DNA of 64,000 bases, taken from assembly GCF_012295525.1 (NCBI RefSeq), contig NZ_CP051167.1, forward strand, positions 5,941,299 through 6,005,298, in the 5' to 3' direction. The stretch is from Oxynema aestuarii AP17 (GTDB lineage Bacteria; Cyanobacteriota; Cyanobacteriia; Cyanobacteriales; Laspinemataceae). Positions within the stretch are counted from its first letter, which is position 1. The number at the start of each line of letters is the position of its first letter. The notes under the pieces are model-generated. The model ran no database searches. It was not told where the DNA came from and was given only the letters and a program-made list of their open reading frames with translations. Of this stretch, positions 20,951 to 32,549 are shown one piece after another. Position numbers and translations under genes: made by a program.

Positions 20951-21766
20951 CTACGAACGCGACCCCTTCGAGCCGGAGGTCGGACCGCGCCGTCCTTCGC
21001 CGAGAGAAGCGACTAAAAAGCGCTGCAGGTGGGCGACATATTCGTTCTCCGGGAGTAAATCCAACTGTTCGAGAGCGTGCTGTAACGTGTCGCCACTGCG
21101 GTAAAGGATGCGAAATGCCTTTTTTAGCAATTGGTGGTCTTCTCGGGTCAATGCCGCCCGTTTTAAGCCCACCAGATTGAGCGATCGCACCCGGCAGGGA
21201 TTGCCTTCGACGAGCATGTACGGCGGCACGTCCCGGTCTACCCGACTCATGCCGCCGATCATCGCCAACCGACCGATATGCACGAATTGGTGAATCCCCA
21301 AAACCCCGCCGAGAACGGCGCGATCCTCAATTTGGACGTGACCCGCCAGGGCGACATTATTGGCAATCACCACGCGATCGGCGATGCGACAGTTGTGGGC
21401 AACATGAACGTAAGCCATCAGCAAATTATCATTGCCGATCGCCGTCACTTCGCCTTCTCCCGTCGCCCGATTGATCGTCACGTATTCCCGAATCGTATTG
21501 CCGTCGCCGATTTTGGTCAGACTCGGCGCGCCGTCGTACTTTAAATCTTGAGGTTCCAGACCGATCGCCGCCCCCGGATAAATGCGATTGGCTGCCCCGA
21601 TTTCCGTCTGACCGTCCAACACGACATGCGCGCCGATCTTCGTTCCCGGACCGACCTTGACTTGCGCTGCGATCGTCGCGTAAGGACCGACCTCAACAGT
21701 GGGATGAATCTGGGCATCCGGATGGATGACCGCACTCGGGTGAATCAGTGTCCTCATAATTTTCAA
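20951..21766 (-). CDS. lpxA: Acyl-ACP--UDP-GlcNAc O-acyltransferase LpxA.
   Basis: It has hexapeptide repeats (IHPSAVIHPDAQIHPTVEVGPYATI...) and is 271 aa long. Confidence 0.9.
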   Translation of the reverse strand: MKIMRTLIHPSAVIHPDAQIHPTVEVGPYATIAAQVKVGPGTKIGAHVVLDGQTEIGAANRIYPGAAIGLEPQDLKYDGAPSLTKIGDGNTIREYVTINRATGEGEVTAIGNDNLLMAYVHVAHNCRIADRVVIANNVALAGHVQIEDRAVLGGVLGIHQFVHIGRLAMIGGMSRVDRDVPPYMLVEGNPCRVRSLNLVGLKRAALTREDHQLLKKAFRILYRSGDTLQHALEQLDLLPENEYVAHLQRFLVASLGEGRRGPTSGSKGSRS

Positions 21767-21829
21767 GAGTAAAAAGCCAAAAATAAAAAGAACCCGTTAT
21801 CAGCCGGGGTCTTTTTACCTTTGCTCCGG

Positions 21830-22339
21830 TCAATCCACGAGGGAAAACATTAATTCCCCTTCTACAGCCAGTTGGCCCTCAACTTCGGCGCGCGCTTTCA
21901 TTTGAGCGAACCGCCGCCGCATTCTCATTAATTCCGTGGTCATAATCAATTGGTCGCCGGGAACCACCGGACGACGAAAGCGGACTTTATCAATTCCGGC
22001 AAAGAGGAACAAAGCGCCTTCCATTCCCGGCAGTTGGGTTAAAACGACGCCGCCGACTTGGGCCATCGCTTCGACCATCAGCACTCCCGGCATAATCGGG
22101 CGTTGGGGAAAATGCCCTTGGAACTGGGGTTCGTTAAAGCTAATATTTTTCAACCCCACGGCCCGTTCGCCGGGGACGTATTCGAGGATGCGATCGACGA
22201 GGGCGAAGGGATAGCGATGGGGAAGGAGTTTGTGTATTTCTTCGATCGATAATTGGGAAGGCGTCGGCTTGCTCTCCTCATCGGTTTGAGGTTCGGTTTG
22301 ACGGTGGGCAGAATTGTTAAGGTCGGTCGAACTGGACAT
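21830..22339 (-). CDS. fabZ: 3-hydroxyacyl-ACP dehydratase FabZ.
   Basis: The hotdog-fold signature [16 protein letters not shown]...HFP..P.MPGVL is present. Confidence 0.9.
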   Translation of the reverse strand: MSSSTDLNNSAHRQTEPQTDEESKPTPSQLSIEEIHKLLPHRYPFALVDRILEYVPGERAVGLKNISFNEPQFQGHFPQRPIMPGVLMVEAMAQVGGVVLTQLPGMEGALFLFAGIDKVRFRRPVVPGDQLIMTTELMRMRRRFAQMKARAEVEGQLAVEGELMFSLVD

Positions 22340-22369
22340 GGTAGATTGCTTTGACTTGCGACGCCCGTA

Positions 22370-23284
22370 TCAGGTGAGTTGGGCTGTGGATTGAGTTGGA
22401 GTCGAACAGTTGCGAGAGCTTCCGGACTCGGCGATCGCCCGCGCGAGCCGGACGTGCAGCTTGTGACTGGCTTTGTAGGCGACGAGATGAGCTTGGGGCA
22501 GCACCCCGAGCAAGCTGAGATCTCCTACTAAGTCTAAAATTTTATGACGCACGGGTTCATTTGCAAATCGTAACGGTCCGTTGAGCCAGCCGTCGGCGCT
22601 GCAAACGAGGGCGTTGTCCAAGCTGCCGCCTTTGATTAAACCTGCATTGCGTAAGGCTTCGATTTGGTCGGCAAAACCGAAAGTCCGGGCCGGGGCGATC
22701 GCCCGTGCAAAGTCGGACGGCTCGATTTGACCGGGATCCGGGGACCAACTGTACCACTGATTGCCGATCGCCGCATAGGGAAAATCGATCCCGTAACTGA
22801 TTCGCACTCCCTCGTCGGGAAACGCCGCCACGAAGGCATCGCCGTCGCGCAGGACAATCGGTTCGTCCAACACGACGGGTTGGACGATCGCCTCGGGAAC
22901 CGCCACTCGTCCGACCCGGGCGATCGCCTCCACCCAGGGTTGGGCGGAACCGTCGAGTAACGGCACTTCCGGGCCGTCGATTTCGATGCGGGCGCGATCG
23001 ATCCCCATCCCGACCAGGGACGCTAACAGGTGTTCCACGGTTCGCACCTCGGCCCCGTCCGCTTTCAATTCCGTCGAAAGGGTGGTTTGGCTCACCGCTT
23101 CCACCCGCGCCGGAATCGTCGGTCCGTTGGGGAGATCGCGGCGCACGAACACCCGCCCCGGGGTCGTCCACTCCGGTTTGACCGTCACCGTGGTGATTTC
23201 GCCGCTATGCAAGCCGACCCCGGACAGGGTAAATTCCCCGGCCAAAGTGTACGCACTCCGGTGCTCTGTCCGTTCTGCTGTCAT
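22370..23284 (-). CDS. lpxC: UDP-3-O-acyl-GlcNAc deacetylase LpxC.
   Basis: The motifs [17 protein letters not shown]...HLLASL and the HKxL motif are present. Confidence 0.9.
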   Translation of the reverse strand: MTAERTEHRSAYTLAGEFTLSGVGLHSGEITTVTVKPEWTTPGRVFVRRDLPNGPTIPARVEAVSQTTLSTELKADGAEVRTVEHLLASLVGMGIDRARIEIDGPEVPLLDGSAQPWVEAIARVGRVAVPEAIVQPVVLDEPIVLRDGDAFVAAFPDEGVRISYGIDFPYAAIGNQWYSWSPDPGQIEPSDFARAIAPARTFGFADQIEALRNAGLIKGGSLDNALVCSADGWLNGPLRFANEPVRHKILDLVGDLSLLGVLPQAHLVAYKASHKLHVRLARAIAESGSSRNCSTPTQSTAQLT

Positions 23285-23289
23285 TCCCC

Positions 23290-25605
23290 TTAAAACCGCT
23301 CGCCGATGCCGAAGTGAAAGCGGCTTTCGCCTTCGTCGTTGAAGGCGTAATCGACGCGGATCGGGCCGAGGGGAGACTGCACCCGAACGCCGACGCCGTA
23401 GCCGAAGCCGCTACCGGGTTTGTCGCGCACCCCTGCCGGATCTCCGGGAACGTCCCCTCCGGTGCCCAAATCGGTCGCCGCGTCGAAAAAGAGCGCGCCG
23501 CCGACGATCGCGTAAATCGGGAACCGATATTCCGCCGTGGCTTGCACGAAACTGCGCCCGGTTCCGAGTTCCCCTTCCCCGTAACCGCGCACCGTGGTAC
23601 TCCCTCCCAAGGAAAAGGCTTCGTAAGGGGGCAGATCGCCGATCGTCGTGCCGCCTTGCACGCTCAGGGCGAGGGTTTCGGCGCCGTCGGAGAATTTGAC
23701 GATATCGAGGGGGACGTAGTAGCTGTAGCTGCTACGCAGTTGAGTCATAAAAATATTGCCGAGTCCGATGGGAACCGACTGTTCCGCACTGACTCGGAAG
23801 AGACTTCCGGCGGTGGGTTGCGCTCGGTTGTTGCGGCGATCGCGCGAGGCGGCTAACTGCACGGTCAACAGGTCGTCTTCCCCGTCGCCGCTAAAGCTCA
23901 AATCGTTGCCGAGTTCGTCTTCCGGTTCGATGTCGCCGTCGGAATCGCGAATGCTGACGCGCTGGTATTTGGCCCCGAGGGAAGCCCGCCAGTCGTTTTC
24001 TAAGGGACGGGAGAAGGTGACGCCGCCGCCCAACCGCAGCACCCGAGGGCGATCGCCATTATCGAGCTCGACGTCGTTGTCCCCGCCGTCAAAAATCAGA
24101 GAAATCGATCGCCGTCGGAAGGCGTTGACCGTGTACGAGGTACGATTTTCATCCCCGGCAATCCACGGGTCGGTAAAGTTCACGTCGAACAGCAATTCGC
24201 GTTGACCGACTTGCAATTCCGCCCCGAGTTTGAGGTTGCGTCCGAGTAAGTTCTGCTCTTGGTAGCTGACCGTTCCAAATAACCCGCTTGCGGAACTAAT
24301 CCCGGCCCCGGCGGCGATCGATCCGGTGTTTTTCTCCAGAACATTAATCACGACCACCACATTACGGGGGTTTTCGCCGGGATTGAGGGAAATCTGCACG
24401 TCTTCAAAGATGCCCAAACCGAACACCCGTTGCAAATCCCGTTCGACTTGTCCCCGGTTGAACACTTCCCCGGGTTCTAACTCCAACTCCCGGGTGATGA
24501 TATATTCCCGGGTTCGCCCTTTAATCGGTTGCCCTTCTTCATCGACGGTTTCGCCGTCTTCGTTAATAAAGCGAATTTGGATATCTTCGACTACCCCTTC
24601 GGCGACTTCGAGAATCGCGGTGCCTTCCGGGGTCACTTGGGGGGCGTCGATCACCTGGGCCAGCACGTAGCCGTTGGCTTGATACCACTCGTTGAGTTCT
24701 TTAATCCCGTTTTGGAAGCGGCGCAGGTTGAGGATTTCGCCGTACTGTTCGCCGAAAATTTCGTCGATGGTGGTTTGGGGTAAAACTTGGTTGCCGCGTA
24801 TTTCGACCGCCTGTAAGACCGGGTTGGGTTCGACGACGAAGGTGACGCGCACCCCTAACGGCGTGTCTTCCGGTCGGGCTCGGACGTTGGAGAAATATCC
24901 GGTGGCAAAAATGGCGTTGATGTCTTCTTGCAGTTGCGATCGCGTCGTGGTCCGTCCCGGTCGCAGGGAAATGGCCCGGTAAACTTCATCTTCGAGTTCC
25001 GGTTCGCCTTCGACTCCTTCGACGACCACTTCGGCGACGAGGACTTCGGGTTCGCTCGTTTGGCTTCCCTCCGGTTGGGTTTCCGGTTCGTCTCTCGGAA
25101 TCGGTAAGGGCGCTTGCGGACGGGAACGGGTCGGTTCGTCTTCCGTATCCCTAATCACTTCGGGGCTTCCGGTTCCGTCTTCCGTCGTGTCCGGCGTTTC
25201 GGTTTCGGTCTCGGCTTCCGGTTGGCTCCCTTCAGGCTCTCCGTCGGCTTCCTCCGCCGCCGAGGGCGCGTTGGTCGGGGGCTCGCCGGGTTCGTCGGGA
25301 ACGGGAGGGTCGCTGACTTGTGCTTGCAGCCTCGGGGACGCCCCAGGGGTTAGATGGCTCTCCCCTGGGGCGTTCTGGGTGGCTTCGATCGCTTGCCATT
25401 CCCGGGAGATCGCCTCCCAATCCACCCTCCGAGCGCTCGTTGCGGACTCTGGGGCGATCTCGGGATCGGCGTCGGCGTTCCCGGCGGCGGCAGGGGTTTC
25501 GGTTCCACGGCCCCCTTCACCGAGGGATTGGGTTTGACCCGGTTGCGAGAAACTGAGAAGGGCTGAGGCAGCCAGAAGGGCTCCCCAGACTGGAGATAAG
25601 CGCAT
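23290..25605 (-). CDS. bamA: Omp85/BamA outer-membrane protein assembly factor with Pro/Glu/Thr-rich N-terminal extension.
   Basis: The signal peptide is [22 protein letters not shown]-like segments are followed by a D15 beta-barrel. The C-terminus ...FHFGIGERF ends in Phe. A proline-rich low-complexity N-region like this is typical of cyanobacterial Omp85. Confidence 0.85.
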   Translation of the reverse strand: MRLSPVWGALLAASALLSFSQPGQTQSLGEGGRGTETPAAAGNADADPEIAPESATSARRVDWEAISREWQAIEATQNAPGESHLTPGASPRLQAQVSDPPVPDEPGEPPTNAPSAAEEADGEPEGSQPEAETETETPDTTEDGTGSPEVIRDTEDEPTRSRPQAPLPIPRDEPETQPEGSQTSEPEVLVAEVVVEGVEGEPELEDEVYRAISLRPGRTTTRSQLQEDINAIFATGYFSNVRARPEDTPLGVRVTFVVEPNPVLQAVEIRGNQVLPQTTIDEIFGEQYGEILNLRRFQNGIKELNEWYQANGYVLAQVIDAPQVTPEGTAILEVAEGVVEDIQIRFINEDGETVDEEGQPIKGRTREYIITRELELEPGEVFNRGQVERDLQRVFGLGIFEDVQISLNPGENPRNVVVVINVLEKNTGSIAAGAGISSASGLFGTVSYQEQNLLGRNLKLGAELQVGQRELLFDVNFTDPWIAGDENRTSYTVNAFRRRSISLIFDGGDNDVELDNGDRPRVLRLGGGVTFSRPLENDWRASLGAKYQRVSIRDSDGDIEPEDELGNDLSFSGDGEDDLLTVQLAASRDRRNNRAQPTAGSLFRVSAEQSVPIGLGNIFMTQLRSSYSYYVPLDIVKFSDGAETLALSVQGGTTIGDLPPYEAFSLGGSTTVRGYGEGELGTGRSFVQATAEYRFPIYAIVGGALFFDAATDLGTGGDVPGDPAGVRDKPGSGFGYGVGVRVQSPLGPIRVDYAFNDEGESRFHFGIGERF

Positions 25606-25689
25606 TTGTCGAGTTTTTGGCACGTCCACACACCACAGACAGAATACTATTGGGCTGCAAAGTCTGCATTCTTTGCCGTTTTTTGCCGT

Positions 25690-26433
25690 TTAATGGGGAG
25701 CTGACGGGGGCGTTTGAGCGAGAACCCGCTCTAACACTTTTTGATAGGCTCCTTCAACATTGCCCAAATCTTGCCGGAATCGGTCTTTGTCCATTACCCG
25801 TGCTTCGGGATCGCTTTGGCTGTCGTCCCACAACCGACAGGTATCGGGACTGATTTCGTCGGCTAAGATGAGGCGATCGCTCCCATCAATGCCGAATTCT
25901 AATTTGAAATCCACCAAGGTAATACCACATTGGTGGAAAAAGTCTTTGAGGATCTCGTCGATCCGCAGGGCCATGGTTTGGAGTTGTTGGAGCTGTTCGG
26001 CGGTCGCCAGCTCTAAGAGGAGCAGTCGGTCGCGCGTCAGGAGGGGATCTCCTAACTCGTCTTTCTTATAGAAGAACTCGACGAGGGGATGTTTCAAGAC
26101 GGTGCCGACGGCTAACCCGGTTTGCTTGCACAAACTTCCGGCAGCAATATTCCTGACTACAACTTCTAAGGGCAAAATCCGCACGCGCCGGACTTTCATG
26201 CGATCGCCTGCCGTTTGCTCGACGAAATGGGTGGGGATTCCCGCCGCTTCGAGATGTTTGAATAAGGCGGCGGACAGGGTGCAGTTGACTTGCCCTTTCC
26301 CGACGATGGTTCCCCGTTTTTGGGCGTTGAAGGCGGTCGCGTCGTCTTTATAGTACGCCAATAAAATCTCTGGATCGTCGGTGGGATACAGGATTTTGGC
26401 TTTCCCTTCGTAAAGTTTTTCTGGCACGGACAT
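25690..26433 (-). CDS. purC: Phosphoribosylaminoimidazole-succinocarboxamide synthase PurC.
   Basis: The N-terminus LYEGKAKILYPTDDPEILL is the SAICAR synthetase signature. Confidence 0.9.
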   Translation of the reverse strand: MSVPEKLYEGKAKILYPTDDPEILLAYYKDDATAFNAQKRGTIVGKGQVNCTLSAALFKHLEAAGIPTHFVEQTAGDRMKVRRVRILPLEVVVRNIAAGSLCKQTGLAVGTVLKHPLVEFFYKKDELGDPLLTRDRLLLLELATAEQLQQLQTMALRIDEILKDFFHQCGITLVDFKLEFGIDGSDRLILADEISPDTCRLWDDSQSDPEARVMDKDRFRQDLGNVEGAYQKVLERVLAQTPPSAPH

Positions 26434-27567
26434 CGGTGATAATGCTCGATTTTGATGGAACTGGGGTGGGGGTTGTCTCGCGATCGCGAGCCGTCATTTT
26501 TCCCCAATCATTCTATCGCTAGCTGGCGATCGCCCGATCGCTGGCGATCGCTTGCCCGATTTTTTGGTCTTTATTTCTCTTTTCTACCCGTTCTCGCTTC
26601 TGGGTTCCCTGATAGCATCGGGCAGATTGATTTTTTTGAGAATTAGCGATGTTATGGGGACGATTCTTGCGGCGCTCTTTCCCGGGGGCTTTTCCCGGGC
26701 GATCGCCCTTCACTCTGAAACCGATCGAATCGACGATTTAACCCACAATGAAAGGAGATCGCTCCCGATCGCCTTCTGCCTCGATCGCGGTGTTTAAAAG
26801 CCTGTATTTCTGTAACTTCCGTTACCTTAAAATATCTATTTCAAGAATAGACTAAAGATCGAATGACACATCAATCTCGTTCGTTAATTAATATTATGAA
26901 AATCTCAATTGTATTATCAAAAATTGACTCAATTCACCCCAAAATGCGATCGTCGAGCCTAAAAATCCTTAATTAAAGTTATTTCAACCGGGATTTAAAT
27001 TCGGCAGAGTAGCCTATAAATCGAGAAGCGATCGCCCAAACTCTACCTAGATTACGCCGATGTTTCCAAACTTTTCTGAACCCTAGATCTTGCACTTGTA
27101 GCGGCTACGGTTCTCCCAAAAGAAAACCCCGAGACTTGTCAAGTTTTGGTGACCCTCGCGATCCCTATCCAAATTCTCTATAAAATCTATACCGAGAGCT
27201 CTTTTACCTCGTCGTTCTCCTCGGTGGCATCGTACCCTCGGGAGGGGGCGATCGCGAGGATCCCCCAAAAGTGCAAAGTACAAAAATCTTCAGATCGATC
27301 CTGGTAACTTTTCAGCGCTTTAGGTTAAGATTGAGTTAAAAGGCGTTAACCTTCAGTTAAAATACCGAGAAGACAGGTTTCAAAAGACCTAAATTCCATA
27401 GATTTACCCAGAAAAAATACCCAAGATATCGAACATTTTGATAACCGTCAGTTCCCGGGATCGTCGCGGCGAGTACAACGAACAAATAGGAATCGTCAAA
27501 TCAGGATCGAGCGGGTAAATCCAGGCGGTCTGAAGCGCGCTCAAGCACTTATCAAGGAGAGATTGCC

Positions 27568-27837
27568 ATGAACAGCTATGACTTCTTTTATCCTCGCAGT
27601 CGCTATCGCGGACCGTTTACCCCAGAAAATCTCGTCTTTGATGCCAACTTGCAAGAGTTCGCCCAAAAAGTGACGACGATTAGCTGTCTGGAAACTGGGG
27701 GAAAATTATCCCCCGAACAAGCCTATAACGAAATCGAGGCGCTCTGGCAAAAATTGCAAACTGCCAAACAAGAATTAGGCATCGGCGATAACGGTCACGA
27801 CGGTCGAAGCCAACCCCGGGGGGGTGGCGCCCGGTGA
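27568..27837 (+). CDS. Small hypothetical protein.
   Basis: An 89-aa ORF follows a 1.1-kb AT-rich non-coding region. Its C-terminal tail runs into the cyclase gene's 3' end and may be partly non-genuine. Confidence 0.35.
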   Translation: MNSYDFFYPRSRYRGPFTPENLVFDANLQEFAQKVTTISCLETGGKLSPEQAYNEIEALWQKLQTAKQELGIGDNGHDGRSQPRGGGAR

Positions 27838-27842
27838 ATTGC

Positions 27843-30431
27843 TCACTTCGTGGTCATCGTATGCACCCCATCCCAATCTTCGGCGGGGGGATGTTCGAGA
27901 TAATCGAGGGCACGTTGGAGGTGGATCTCGGTAGCGCGATCCTCGGGAAACAAGCGCGCTGCAGCGCGAAACTGCTCGATACAGGCGTCGAAGTCCCGCT
28001 TGATATAGGCATCCCGTCCGGCGCGGTAAAAGTCTAAAAAGCGCCGTTTCTCGTCGCTGAGGGGCATGGAGCGATCGCCGATCAACTCGTAAATGCTGAC
28101 GGCTTCATTTTTGCCTTTGACCCGAATTTTATCTAACTCGCGCACCCAGAGGCGATCGCCGCACAGGTGATAGGTAAACTCGCTCAAAATAATATCGCAA
28201 TGATATTCCTTAGTGACGCTTTCCAAACGCGCACTGAGGTTCACCCCGTCGCCAATCACCGTATAGTCCATGCGTTTTTGGCTGCCAATATTCCCCGAAA
28301 CCACCTCCCCGGAACTAATACCGATCCCGATCCGGATTTTATGTTCCGGTTGGCGGCGGTTGAACTCGCGCAGGCGGCGGCGCATGTCCAGGGCCGACTG
28401 AACCGCCATCCAGGCGTGTTCTTCCAAGGGTAGGGGCGCGCCGAACACCGCCATCAGGGCATCGCCGATAAACTTATCGAGGGTTCCGTCGTGGTTGAAC
28501 ACCGCCTCGACCATGGTCTCGAAATATTGGTTGAGCAGGGAAACCACTTCCGACGCTTCCAAATTCTCAGTCAACGTCGTATAGCCGCGAATGTCGGAGA
28601 ACAAGATCGTCACTTCCTTGCGTTCGCCGACCATCAACGAATCTTCTCCCAGGGCCATCACCCGTTCGGCGACCCCGGGGGTCATGTAACGGTACATGGT
28701 CGTCTTCATCCGTTTTTCGCGGCTGATATCTTCCAACACCACCAAACCGCCGCGTACCCCCCCTTCGGGATTGGTCAGGGGATTGACGGTCAAATTGAGA
28801 CTGCGTTCGATTTCTTTGACCTGCTGTGTAGGAATCGGCTCGACCCCAGGGTTGGCGGGGTTTTCGTTCCAGGGAATGTAAAGACTGGGGTCGGCGCGAT
28901 CGCGGATCGCCAAAATATAGCGATCGCCGTGCCGTTCGCCCTCGGACTCGCCCCCGGATGCGCCCGTTGCCGCTCTCGAACTCGGTTCTAGATACAACCC
29001 CACCGTCACACTCTGTTCCGGCACGTAGTGACGCGCCGCATGGCGCAAGCTGTCTTCCAACCGAAATTGCAAATTTTCGATCGGCACCACCTCCCAGACC
29101 GATCGCCCCTGTAATTTTTTCTCCCAGAACTGTAATTGAGACTTGTTCGACCCTTCCGCCGTCGGACAACCGAGCAGTTCTAAAGCCGCCTCGTTAATCG
29201 TCACGATCCGTCCTTGCATGTCCGTCGAAATCACCGCATCGGAAAGACTTTCGAGCATATCTTTCTGATACTGTTTTTCCAGCAGCACATTTTCAAACAG
29301 TTGGGCATTTTGCAGGGCAATCCCCGCTTGAGCGTTAAACGCCCGTAAAAAGGCTTCGTCGGCGGTGGTAAAACTGCCTTGATGCTTGTTAATCAACTGG
29401 GTGACCCCGATCAAATCTCCGGCAGCATTAAAGACGGGCATACAAAGAATATTGCGAGTTTGATATCCCGTGCGGCGATCGGTCGTCGGGTCGAAGCGGG
29501 GGTCGAGATAGGCGTCGGGGATGTTGAGGGTTGCCCCGGTGGAGGCGACGTACCCCGCAATCCCTTTATTGGCGGGGATGCGAATTTCGACCATCGTTTT
29601 GCCGTCGGCTTTGGCGACTTTCGTCCACAACTCGTTCGTTTCTTTACTGAGGAGAAACAAGGTGCTGCGATCGGCCTGCATCAAGTCTTTAGCCCGATCC
29701 ATGACCGCGCGCAAGGTGGTTTCGAGGTCCAAACTCTGGCCCAAGGTCGTCGTCGCTTCTAACAGGGCGCTGGCGGCGCGTTGGTTGCGGGCGGCGACGT
29801 AGAAAGACTGACAGCTTTCGAGGATAATACCGATCGCGCTGGCGAATTCGCGAAATTGCTGCTCGTCCGCCTCGTCGAAAGGGATGCCATTTTCCTTGTT
29901 GAGCAGTTGGACGACCGCCACGGCGCGATCGCCGTCCTTACTGCTGAAAATAGGAATACAGAGTATATTTCGAGCCTCGCATCCCGGCGGTTCGTCCACT
30001 TCGCGATCGAACAGAGGATGGTTCGCCGCCTCGGTAATATTGAGTTCTTCCCCAGTTTTGGCGACGTGACCGAGAATCCCCACATTCATCGGCAGCCGAA
30101 TTTCCGTAGTTTTGCCCGTTTCGCTGTCGCTAACTTGAGACCACAATTGCTCGCGATTCTGGTCTACTAAAAAAATGGTCGTCCGTTCGGCTTTGAGAAT
30201 TTGACCGATTTTGAGGGTTAACGCATCGAGAATCTGATTGAGAATCGTTTCGAGGGCTTCGTTGCCAATCAGATCGATCGCCCGAAAATACTGTTGAAAT
30301 TCCGCCGTGATAAAGTCGAGCAGGCAGACAAATTCACCAACTGGTAAATTACTGACCAGATTGGCAAGGACGCCACTTTGATTAACTTGCGTTAACCTAG
30401 CCAGAATGCTACCAGTCGGAGAAAATTGCAT
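27843..30431 (-). CDS. cyaB: Class III adenylate cyclase with tandem GAF domains and a PAS domain (CyaB1/CyaB2-like).
   Basis: Two GAF domains are present. The second carries the NKFDE-type cyclic-nucleotide-binding motif (LINKHQGSFTTADE). A PAS region follows, then a CHD cyclase domain (ILFSDIRGYTTLTE...FIGDALMAVFGAP). The 862-aa length is comparable to Anabaena CyaB1. Confidence 0.8.
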   Translation of the reverse strand: MQFSPTGSILARLTQVNQSGVLANLVSNLPVGEFVCLLDFITAEFQQYFRAIDLIGNEALETILNQILDALTLKIGQILKAERTTIFLVDQNREQLWSQVSDSETGKTTEIRLPMNVGILGHVAKTGEELNITEAANHPLFDREVDEPPGCEARNILCIPIFSSKDGDRAVAVVQLLNKENGIPFDEADEQQFREFASAIGIILESCQSFYVAARNQRAASALLEATTTLGQSLDLETTLRAVMDRAKDLMQADRSTLFLLSKETNELWTKVAKADGKTMVEIRIPANKGIAGYVASTGATLNIPDAYLDPRFDPTTDRRTGYQTRNILCMPVFNAAGDLIGVTQLINKHQGSFTTADEAFLRAFNAQAGIALQNAQLFENVLLEKQYQKDMLESLSDAVISTDMQGRIVTINEAALELLGCPTAEGSNKSQLQFWEKKLQGRSVWEVVPIENLQFRLEDSLRHAARHYVPEQSVTVGLYLEPSSRAATGASGGESEGERHGDRYILAIRDRADPSLYIPWNENPANPGVEPIPTQQVKEIERSLNLTVNPLTNPEGGVRGGLVVLEDISREKRMKTTMYRYMTPGVAERVMALGEDSLMVGERKEVTILFSDIRGYTTLTENLEASEVVSLLNQYFETMVEAVFNHDGTLDKFIGDALMAVFGAPLPLEEHAWMAVQSALDMRRRLREFNRRQPEHKIRIGIGISSGEVVSGNIGSQKRMDYTVIGDGVNLSARLESVTKEYHCDIILSEFTYHLCGDRLWVRELDKIRVKGKNEAVSIYELIGDRSMPLSDEKRRFLDFYRAGRDAYIKRDFDACIEQFRAAARLFPEDRATEIHLQRALDYLEHPPAEDWDGVHTMTTK

Positions 30432-30639
30432 GTTTGCGAGGGTTTAAGGGGCATTCACGGGGGGACGACCGGGGTGTTGACACTTTTAAAACTCGTAGAA
30501 CATCCCGTCTCGATAGAGAGGAAGCGAAACCAAATCTTTTCGACGTTCTTGCTTACGTTTAAATCGCCGTCAGTTCCGGCTTTTCATATCTTTTAAAGGG
30601 TCGAGTTTAGAGAGGAGTACAAGAGGTGCATAGAGCAAA

Positions 30640-32463
30640 ATGACTTCAATTCGCGCAGGACGCCGTATATTTCGGCAACTGCTGTCAGCCTTCCAATATA
30701 GTACCCGAGCTGTCGGCTTGGTGTGGTCGAGCAGTCGAGCGCTGACGGTGGCCCTCGCCGTTTTAACCGTACTCGCCGGGTTGTTACCTGCGGGGGTGGC
30801 TTACCTGGGTAAGCTCATCGTCGATAGTGTGGTACGGGCCGCCGAAACTGGATTGGCGAGCGATCGCACCACCGCGATCGCCTACGTCGCCCTCGAAGCT
30901 GCCGCCGTTATGCTTTTAACCCTAACCCAACGGGGTCTGAATGTCTGCCAGTCGTTGCTACGGGTTCTACTCGGTCAACGGGTCAATGTTGCCATTTTAG
31001 AAAAAGCCCTCACCCTCAGCCTCCGTGATTTTGAGGATTCTGAATTGTACGACAAAATGACCCAGGCGCGCCGCCAAGCCTCCAATCGTCCCCTGTCTTT
31101 GGCGAATCGAACCTTTCGCCTGGTTCAAGATGTACTGGCGTTAGGCAGTTTTAGCGGCTTATTGATTCAATTTTCGCCGTTGGCGGTGGCGATCCTGGCG
31201 ATCGCCGCCGTTCCGCCGTTCGTCGCCGAAACCCGCTTTGCGACCGAAGCCTTTCGCCTGTTTCGCTGGCGATCGCCCGCCACCCGCGCCCAAATCTATC
31301 TCGAAACCTTAATCGCCCGAGAAGATTACGCCAAAGAGGTTCAACTCTACCAACTCGGTTCCAACTTCCTGCAACGCTACCGCAATATTTTCGACGAACT
31401 CTACGGCGAAGACCGCGATCTCACCTTGCGTCGCGGCTTTTGGGGCTATTTACTCAGTTTGCTCAGTACGATCGCCTTTTACGGCGCCTATACCTGGATC
31501 GTCCTCGCCACCATTTACGGGCGCATTTCTTTAGGGGAAATGACCATGTACTTGACCATTTTTCGGCAAGGACAAACGACCTTTTCCGATGCCCTGACCT
31601 CGATCGGCGGCATGTACGAAGATAATCTTTATCTGTCCAATCTTTACGAATTTCTCGAACGACCGACCCCGCCCGAAGCCGGAATCTTTACCCGGGGCAG
31701 CCATCCCCAAGATGGCATTCGGTTCGAACGAGTCGGGTTTACCTATCCGGGGAGCGATCGCCCCGCCGTCAGCGATCTGTCTTTGCATCTCAAACCCGGC
31801 GAAAAATTAGCGTTAGTCGGTAAAAATGGTTCGGGAAAAACGACGTTAATTAAACTGCTTACCCGGCTTTACATCCCCAGTGAAGGGCGCATTTTACTCG
31901 ATGGCGTCGATTTACAAGAGTGGGATATCGATGCCTTACGCCGTCGCATGGCGGTGATTTTTCAAGATTTCGTTCGCTATCATTTCACCGTCGGCGAAAA
32001 TATCGGCGTCGGCGATGTCGATCGCCTCCAAGAGGAATCCCAATGGCACGCCGCCGCCGAAAAAGGGATGGCGCGATCGTTTGTCGAAACCTTGCCGGAA
32101 AAATTTAAAACCCAGTTAGGACGCTGGTTTAAAGGGGGTTTTGAATTGTCGGGGGGTCAATGGCAAAAAATCGCGCTTTCGCGGGCGTTTATGCGCAGCC
32201 AAGCGGATATTTTAATTTTGGACGAACCCACCGCCGCGATGGATGCGGAAGCGGAAATCGCCGTGTTCGAGCGCTTGCAAGCATTGGCGAGCGACGCAAT
32301 AGTAATTTTAATTTCTCATCGGTTTTCGACCGTTCGCATGGCGGATAAAATTGCGGTGATGGAAGGGGGAAAAATTATCGAACAGGGAACTCACGAGGAA
32401 TTACTCGCCGCCGACGGACGCTATGCGAAGTTATTCACGATGCAAGCGTCGGGATATTTGTAG
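30640..32463 (+). CDS. ABC exporter, fused permease/ATPase (MsbA-like type I exporter).
   Basis: An N-terminal six-helix transmembrane domain is followed by an NBD with Walker A GKNGSGKTT, the signature LSGGQWQKIALSRA and Walker B ILILDEPT. Confidence 0.85.
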   Translation: MTSIRAGRRIFRQLLSAFQYSTRAVGLVWSSSRALTVALAVLTVLAGLLPAGVAYLGKLIVDSVVRAAETGLASDRTTAIAYVALEAAAVMLLTLTQRGLNVCQSLLRVLLGQRVNVAILEKALTLSLRDFEDSELYDKMTQARRQASNRPLSLANRTFRLVQDVLALGSFSGLLIQFSPLAVAILAIAAVPPFVAETRFATEAFRLFRWRSPATRAQIYLETLIAREDYAKEVQLYQLGSNFLQRYRNIFDELYGEDRDLTLRRGFWGYLLSLLSTIAFYGAYTWIVLATIYGRISLGEMTMYLTIFRQGQTTFSDALTSIGGMYEDNLYLSNLYEFLERPTPPEAGIFTRGSHPQDGIRFERVGFTYPGSDRPAVSDLSLHLKPGEKLALVGKNGSGKTTLIKLLTRLYIPSEGRILLDGVDLQEWDIDALRRRMAVIFQDFVRYHFTVGENIGVGDVDRLQEESQWHAAAEKGMARSFVETLPEKFKTQLGRWFKGGFELSGGQWQKIALSRAFMRSQADILILDEPTAAMDAEAEIAVFERLQALASDAIVILISHRFSTVRMADKIAVMEGGKIIEQGTHEELLAADGRYAKLFTMQASGYL

Positions 32464-32549
32464 GACGGGAATTCGCGACGATCGCCGTCGCGATCGAAGT
32501 CGCGATAACATAGGGGCGAGAAGTCGCAAGAAAAAGCAACAAAAAATCG

